A DNA stretch of 64,000 nucleotides from Deltaproteobacteria bacterium (lineage in GTDB: Bacteria; Myxococcota_C; UBA6777): the NCBI GenBank assembly GCA_002731275.1, contig PCBK01000053.1, positions 36,275-100,274 on the forward strand, in the 5' to 3' direction. Position numbers and translations under genes: made by a program. This document shows positions 59,383-64,000 of the stretch, one piece after another. The first letter of the stretch is position 1, and each line of letters opens with the position of its first letter. A model generated the notes under the pieces. The model saw only the letters and a program-made list of their open reading frames with translations, ran no database searches and was not told where the DNA came from.

Positions 59383-59756
59383 GATCTGCCTCTTGTGTCG
59401 TGAGGGTGGTATGTTTTGTTGTCTGGAGGTATCCTCAGACATTCACACCAAAGCACGCAAGTGCGCGCTCGTGTGAAACATGAGGGTATCATACAACATG
59501 TTGAACGGAATGAATATATTTTGGCTGTATGTGTCGCTCTATGAGACCTATGAGGGTGTTTCTTGTCATCTCTAGTGGGGAGGGTTGAGGAAGAGAATGG
59601 TTGACAGATCGTCAAGCTCTTGCCATTCTCTTGGCGATTTGCGTTGTGGGATCGACGTACAGTCCTGTCTTTGAGGTGCGTGGAGGTGCCCATTTGCTCG
59701 GGATATTCGTCGGTTTTGTGACATTGTGGAGACACATTTGTTTGAGGAGAAGATCG

Positions 59757-60401
59757 ATGCGTGCGATTGTGATCGGAATTGCTGGTGGAACAGGCTCTGG
59801 AAAGACGACTGTTGCCCATAAAATTGCTTCTTATTTTAGTCCCGATGAAGTCGTGCTGGTGGATCAGGACTCCTATTATAATGATCTATCCCATCTCGAT
59901 CCCGAAGAGAGAAAGCGCATCAACTTCGATCATCCCGATGCCTTTGACACACCACTCTTGATGGAACACATCCTTTTGCTGAAAAACGGCAGCGCTGTTG
60001 ACAAACCAATCTATTCGTACAAACTTCATTGTCGTACGGATGAAACAGCGCGTGTTGAGCCAGCACAGGTGATCTTACTCGAAGGGATCCTCGTCCTGGA
60101 GTCAGAAGTCCTCAGACGACTGATGGATGTGAAGATCTTCGTCGATACAGAAGATGATATTCGCTTGATCCGTCGTTTGCGACGAGATATTCGCGAGCGA
60201 GGGCGTGACCTGGAGAACGTGATCATTCACTACGAACGGACCGTGCGTCCTATGCACCTGGGATTTATTCTCCCATCCAAAAGATACGCGGATGTGGTGA
60301 TCCCTCGTGGTGGTGAAAACGATGTGGCGATCCGTATGGTGGTTGCAACAGTTCGCGAGCAATTGCGACAAAATGCCGAGCGGCGTGACTCCGAAGATTG
60401 A
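59757..60401 (+). CDS. udk: uridine kinase
   Basis: IVIGIAGGTGSGKTTVA P-loop; strong overall similarity to Udk; start trimmed to ATG with GAGGAG RBS. Confidence 0.9.
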   Translation: MRAIVIGIAGGTGSGKTTVAHKIASYFSPDEVVLVDQDSYYNDLSHLDPEERKRINFDHPDAFDTPLLMEHILLLKNGSAVDKPIYSYKLHCRTDETARVEPAQVILLEGILVLESEVLRRLMDVKIFVDTEDDIRLIRRLRRDIRERGRDLENVIIHYERTVRPMHLGFILPSKRYADVVIPRGGENDVAIRMVVATVREQLRQNAERRDSED

Positions 60402-60443
60402 TCTCATTCTCTCATGGAGTGGACGCCTGTTTGGAGGTGAAAG

Positions 60444-61625
60444 ATGCCAACATATCGAGTTCAACGAGATCAACAGCGCTACCTTGCCAACAGCTTCGCG
60501 GAGCTTCGACAGTGGGTCGATGACGGGCGCGTTGGACCTGACGATTTTGTGTGGTCTGAAGGTTGGACCGACTGGGTCAAAGCCTACAACATCGAAGGTC
60601 TCAAAGACCTCTTTCATCGGCGTAATATGCGTCCCTCCAAAAGAAATATGCGTCCTGCGAAACTTCCTGACGTGGCGCAAAAATCTGTCGCTCCATCCAT
60701 CTCCTCCAAAGAAGCCAAAAAGAAGGTCTCTCGTCGGGCGTCTACACCGCGGACACAGGAACCTGTCACACAACAAGTCAAACCACCAGCCGTGCAAAAG
60801 AAGGGATATGTCCCCCGTCAACCCTTCTTGTTGGAGCTGATGTTCCCCAAAGAGGAAGCCCATCACGCGTTACGTCTACGTCGTGACGATCTTATCGAAT
60901 ACCCCTACCGTTATCTCAAGGCAAAGTTGTCCTTTGAGCGCTTTCGTGCCGCGGTGGCAGAGGGGACCTTCTTGATGTCCGCCAAGCACGATCTCGCAGG
61001 GAAGGTTTTTCCACTGCTCGATGGACTCTCCGTCGATATCTTCCGCTTGCCCGAAGAACCTGATGTCTTTATTCAGCCAAAAAATCCATGGGCCTGCGAA
61101 GCATATGCCTGGGATGGGCATGCCTTTCTGATCTTTGGTGGTTCCTTTTTGCGCACCATCGAGCCTGCTCATCTGTTGTTTGTGCTCGCTCGCTTCTTGG
61201 GGCAAATTCAACGTGGTGACCTCGAAGTCCGTAGCGCCGCAAAGTTGTTGAATGACCCTACTCTTTGCCACCAATTGCAGCTCGGTGCACCTCCTCACTT
61301 CTCGACCGCTCATTATCTCAGGTGGCTGAAAAAGTGCGATCTGATCGACGATCGCATCGCCTTTTCGCTCCTGCAAGATGTTGGAAAAGCGCTCGGCGCG
61401 TTGCGTTTCTTGCAAAAGCATTCCGAACAGTCTGTCAACGCGTCTGTACAGGAACTCGATGTGTACTTTCGCAGCCTCGCGCCTGCCTATGAACACCGCA
61501 AACGCGCGCTCGAAGATTATCCTCGAAGCACCCTCTATTCCCCACACAAAGACCATCTCGCACGTTTTCGTGACCTCGAAGCGACACGCAACAAGCTCTG
61601 TCGCGTTGTCAGCCGAAGACGCTAA
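60444..61625 (+). CDS. protein with N-terminal DUF4339-like (GYF-like) domain, remainder unknown
   Basis: YRVQRDQQRYLANSFAELRQWVDDGRVGPDDFVWSEGWTDWVKA. Confidence 0.5.
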   Translation: MPTYRVQRDQQRYLANSFAELRQWVDDGRVGPDDFVWSEGWTDWVKAYNIEGLKDLFHRRNMRPSKRNMRPAKLPDVAQKSVAPSISSKEAKKKVSRRASTPRTQEPVTQQVKPPAVQKKGYVPRQPFLLELMFPKEEAHHALRLRRDDLIEYPYRYLKAKLSFERFRAAVAEGTFLMSAKHDLAGKVFPLLDGLSVDIFRLPEEPDVFIQPKNPWACEAYAWDGHAFLIFGGSFLRTIEPAHLLFVLARFLGQIQRGDLEVRSAAKLLNDPTLCHQLQLGAPPHFSTAHYLRWLKKCDLIDDRIAFSLLQDVGKALGALRFLQKHSEQSVNASVQELDVYFRSLAPAYEHRKRALEDYPRSTLYSPHKDHLARFRDLEATRNKLCRVVSRRR

Positions 61626-61661
61626 TACACCCCAAGGGATCTGAATGACAAGGAGAGCCCG

Positions 61662-62855
61662 ATGTTCGATACTATGAAAGACGTGATCAACAGCACCATG
61701 GATGAGATCCAGGAGGCTGGTACATTTAAAGCGGAACGTATCATCAAAACTCCTCAATCTTCGGCGATCGAAGTGCGTGAGCATGATGGCGCGGTCCTCA
61801 ACTTCTGTGCCAACAACTATCTCGGATTGAGCGACAGCCCAGAGCTTATCGAGGCTGCAACCAACGCACTCCAGACCTACGGTCTTGGCCTCAGCTCCGT
61901 TCGCTTTATCTGTGGGACGCAAGATATCCACAAAGAGCTCGAACAAAAAATCTCCACCTTTCACAAAACAGACGACACGATCCTCTACTCAAGCTGCTTT
62001 GACGCCAACGGTGGGCTGTTTGAGACGATCCTCACCAAAGAAGACGCCGTCCTCAGTGACGCGCTCAACCACGCCTCCATCATCGATGGGATTCGTCTGT
62101 GTAAGGCACAGCGTTTTCGCTACAAGCACGCAGATATGGCCGATCTCGAAGCCAAACTCATCGAGGCCAAAGACGCGCGTGTACGTCTGATCTCGACGGA
62201 CGGTGTGTTTAGCATGGATGGTGATATCGCACCCCTCAAAGAGATTTGTGACCTCGCCGACAAATACGACGCGGTCGTGATGGTCGATGATTCCCACGCG
62301 ACTGGATTCTTCGGAAAGACAGGTCGCGGCACCCCCGAATTCTGTGGCGTAATGGATCGTGTCGATGTCATCACCTCTACGCTCGGAAAAGCCCTCGGCG
62401 GCGCGACAGGTGGATACACCACAGGACGCAAGGAGATCATCGATCTGCTTCGCCAACGTTCACGTCCCTATCTCTTCTCCAACAGCATCGCACCACCAGT
62501 CGTCGGCGCCGCGATCAAAGTCTTCGATATGATCTCCGCGACCACCGAGCTGCGCGACAAACTCGAAGAGAACACGATGTACTTCCGCGAAAAGATGACC
62601 GCCGCTGGCTTTGATATCCGACCCGGTGAACACGCGATCGTCCCCATCATGCTCGGTGATGCTCGACTTGCAACCGAATACGCCGACGATATGCTCAAAC
62701 ACGGCATCTACGTCATCGGCTTCAGCTACCCCGTCGTCCCCAAAGGCGCAGCTCGTATCCGCGTCCAGATCTCCGCAGGCCACTCCCGTGAACAACTTGA
62801 TAAGGCGATCAACGCGTTTATCCAAGTCGGTAAAGAGCGCGGTGTGATCAGCTAG
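61662..62855 (+). CDS. kbl: glycine C-acetyltransferase (2-amino-3-ketobutyrate CoA ligase)
   Basis: Near-identical motif blocks to Kbl ([62 protein letters not shown]). Confidence 0.92.
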   Translation: MFDTMKDVINSTMDEIQEAGTFKAERIIKTPQSSAIEVREHDGAVLNFCANNYLGLSDSPELIEAATNALQTYGLGLSSVRFICGTQDIHKELEQKISTFHKTDDTILYSSCFDANGGLFETILTKEDAVLSDALNHASIIDGIRLCKAQRFRYKHADMADLEAKLIEAKDARVRLISTDGVFSMDGDIAPLKEICDLADKYDAVVMVDDSHATGFFGKTGRGTPEFCGVMDRVDVITSTLGKALGGATGGYTTGRKEIIDLLRQRSRPYLFSNSIAPPVVGAAIKVFDMISATTELRDKLEENTMYFREKMTAAGFDIRPGEHAIVPIMLGDARLATEYADDMLKHGIYVIGFSYPVVPKGAARIRVQISAGHSREQLDKAINAFIQVGKERGVIS

Positions 62856-62967
62856 TCCAGTGAGCTAAAAGAGGGGAAATACAATGAGGGGAGTCGTTGT
62901 GTAGCACATTTGTATCTGAAGCGCCGGGAAAACACATTCCTGGCTCCTACCCTTTGATGGCATATCC

Positions 62968-64000
62968 ATGACAAAACATGCGCGTTCCTTTCGACCCTCT
63001 CTCGATCATTTGTTCCCACTGTGGTGTGTCTTCTCTTGTGCACTGTACCTGATTTGGGAGCACCTCTTACCACAAGCATCCATGTCTCTCGCGCGGACGT
63101 TTGGGTGGATGGTCATCTTTGTTGGCTGCGCAGGTTGGCTCTCTTCGTGGTTGCGACCTCGACCACAGCGCGCGCTGTGGGCCTCTTATGACAACAAAGT
63201 GCAGCGCCTTGTCTGTTGGGCAGGTGGGAGTCTGGCCTTGCTCGGGAGTCTCACCTTCTTGGGTGTTGGACTCGATGTGTGGGGATTTCTGCTCCTACTT
63301 GTGTGGGCTCTTTGTGCGTGGAGTACCCACTTGAAAGAGCTCGTGCTACTCACACCTCATGGGTTGTGGCTACTTGGACGAAGTGTCGAACGTGTTCCTC
63401 TCTCGGAGATATGGGGGTATGAGCGTGTGTCGCCCCATCAACTCGAAGTCTTCGATCGACAGGGGTATATGTACGCTGTGACTGTAGAGCTTCCCGCACG
63501 GCTTGATGACCTCCTTGCAGTCCTTACACAACACGGTATCGCTCCCGAACCGGATACACACAAAGACACATCTGCAGATACCCATTCTGACGACGCAGAA
63601 GAGCTGGCAGCGTCAGGGGAGGAGCGCGCCAAGAAAACGCTGTGGCATCGACCTAGACGCGCGTTGTGGAGGACGTTGTTGTATTGGGCTGGGCTGTTGG
63701 GGGCGGCTGTATGGCTATGGCGTGATGAGAGCCTCGCTATGTGGGATCTTTGGTCAAGACTTACTCTTCAAAATATCCTGATGTTTGGGATGTTCGCGTG
63801 GACGAGTGTGCTCCTTTCGGAGTGTCCGCCCCGTCTGCTTCCACCAAAGGGCAAGATCTACTTGGAAGACAACAACGCAAGAGGCTTGTACGTGTGGGGA
63901 TTGTTGCCTGTCGCGCTTGGGGTGATTTTGTACGAAGGCTATGTACTATGGGGTCTATGGAGCGCTGGTTCGTATGATTGGTTGGCGAGTTTTACGGCGC
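62968..64000 (+). CDS. membrane protein, 3'-partial (runs off window end); not in ORF track
   Basis: Hand translation from ATG 62968 shows no stop through 64000; several hydrophobic helices. Confidence 0.45.
   Translation, partial: MTKHARSFRPSLDHLFPLWCVFSCALYLIWEHLLPQASMSLARTFGWMVIFVGCAGWLSSWLRPRPQRALWASYDNKVQRLVCWAGGSLALLGSLTFLGVGLDVWGFLLLLVWALCAWSTHLKELVLLTPHGLWLLGRSVERVPLSEIWGYERVSPHQLEVFDRQGYMYAVTVELPARLDDLLAVLTQHGIAPEPDTHKDTSADTHSDDAEELAASGEERAKKTLWHRPRRALWRTLLYWAGLLGAAVWLWRDESLAMWDLWSRLTLQNILMFGMFAWTSVLLSECPPRLLPPKGKIYLEDNNARGLYVWGLLPVALGVILYEGYVLWGLWSAGSYDWLASFTA

Noticed and set aside
60876-61964. 362-aa ORF on minus strand
   Set aside because: It is entirely antisense to the DUF4339-domain gene and overlaps kbl, and has no motif or RBS. 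It is a GC-rich-frame artefact.

Overview
This 64 kb window reads as chromosomal DNA from a mid/high-GC bacterium. The first ~6.5 kb is clearly AT-richer than the rest. Several gene types are common in Myxococcota-like lineages: Ser/Thr kinases (one fused to an FGE-sulfatase domain), pentapeptide-repeat, HEAT-repeat and RNI-type LRR proteins, Cys-rich repeat lipoproteins and a TSP3-repeat giant protein. This is an impression only, not a taxonomic assignment. I support about 45 protein-coding genes. Housekeeping examples are rlmN, kbl, udk, psd, bioY, a RelA/SpoT homolog, acetoacetyl-CoA synthetase and an ECF sigma/anti-sigma pair. I found no complete tRNA, rRNA, CRISPR array, transposase or integrase. 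The findings worth a second look are: (1) an 848-aa bacterial homolog of the eukaryotic major vault protein, followed by an LRR protein, a 1370-aa HEAT-repeat membrane protein and a 960-aa Cys-rich lipoprotein. The whole block sits between two inverted copies of a MITE-like element. (2) A small HesB/IscA-like gene whose conserved cysteine position is an in-frame TGA with a downstream hairpin, so probably a selenoprotein. It was absent from the ORF track. (3) A dispersed, structured intergenic repeat family of three hairpins including a GCGCC-UUCG-GCGC tetraloop, with compensatory changes between copies. Four copies lie in the first 9 kb. Two of them bracket a DUF1016/YhcG nuclease gene next to a tRNA-Trp-like 3' fragment. 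(4) The low-GC left end also carries an operon of hypothetical, tandem-S1 and LRR proteins and a macro-domain gene. (5) A 1.2 kb gene-free gap with a cluster of 9 GATC sites and a perfect 30-bp palindrome. (6) Several tandem-repeat tracts, both coding and non-coding, that could vary in copy number. Coordinates of starts were refined by eye (RBS and alternative ATG) and can be off. All domain calls come from my recognition of motifs in the translated ORFs, not from searches.
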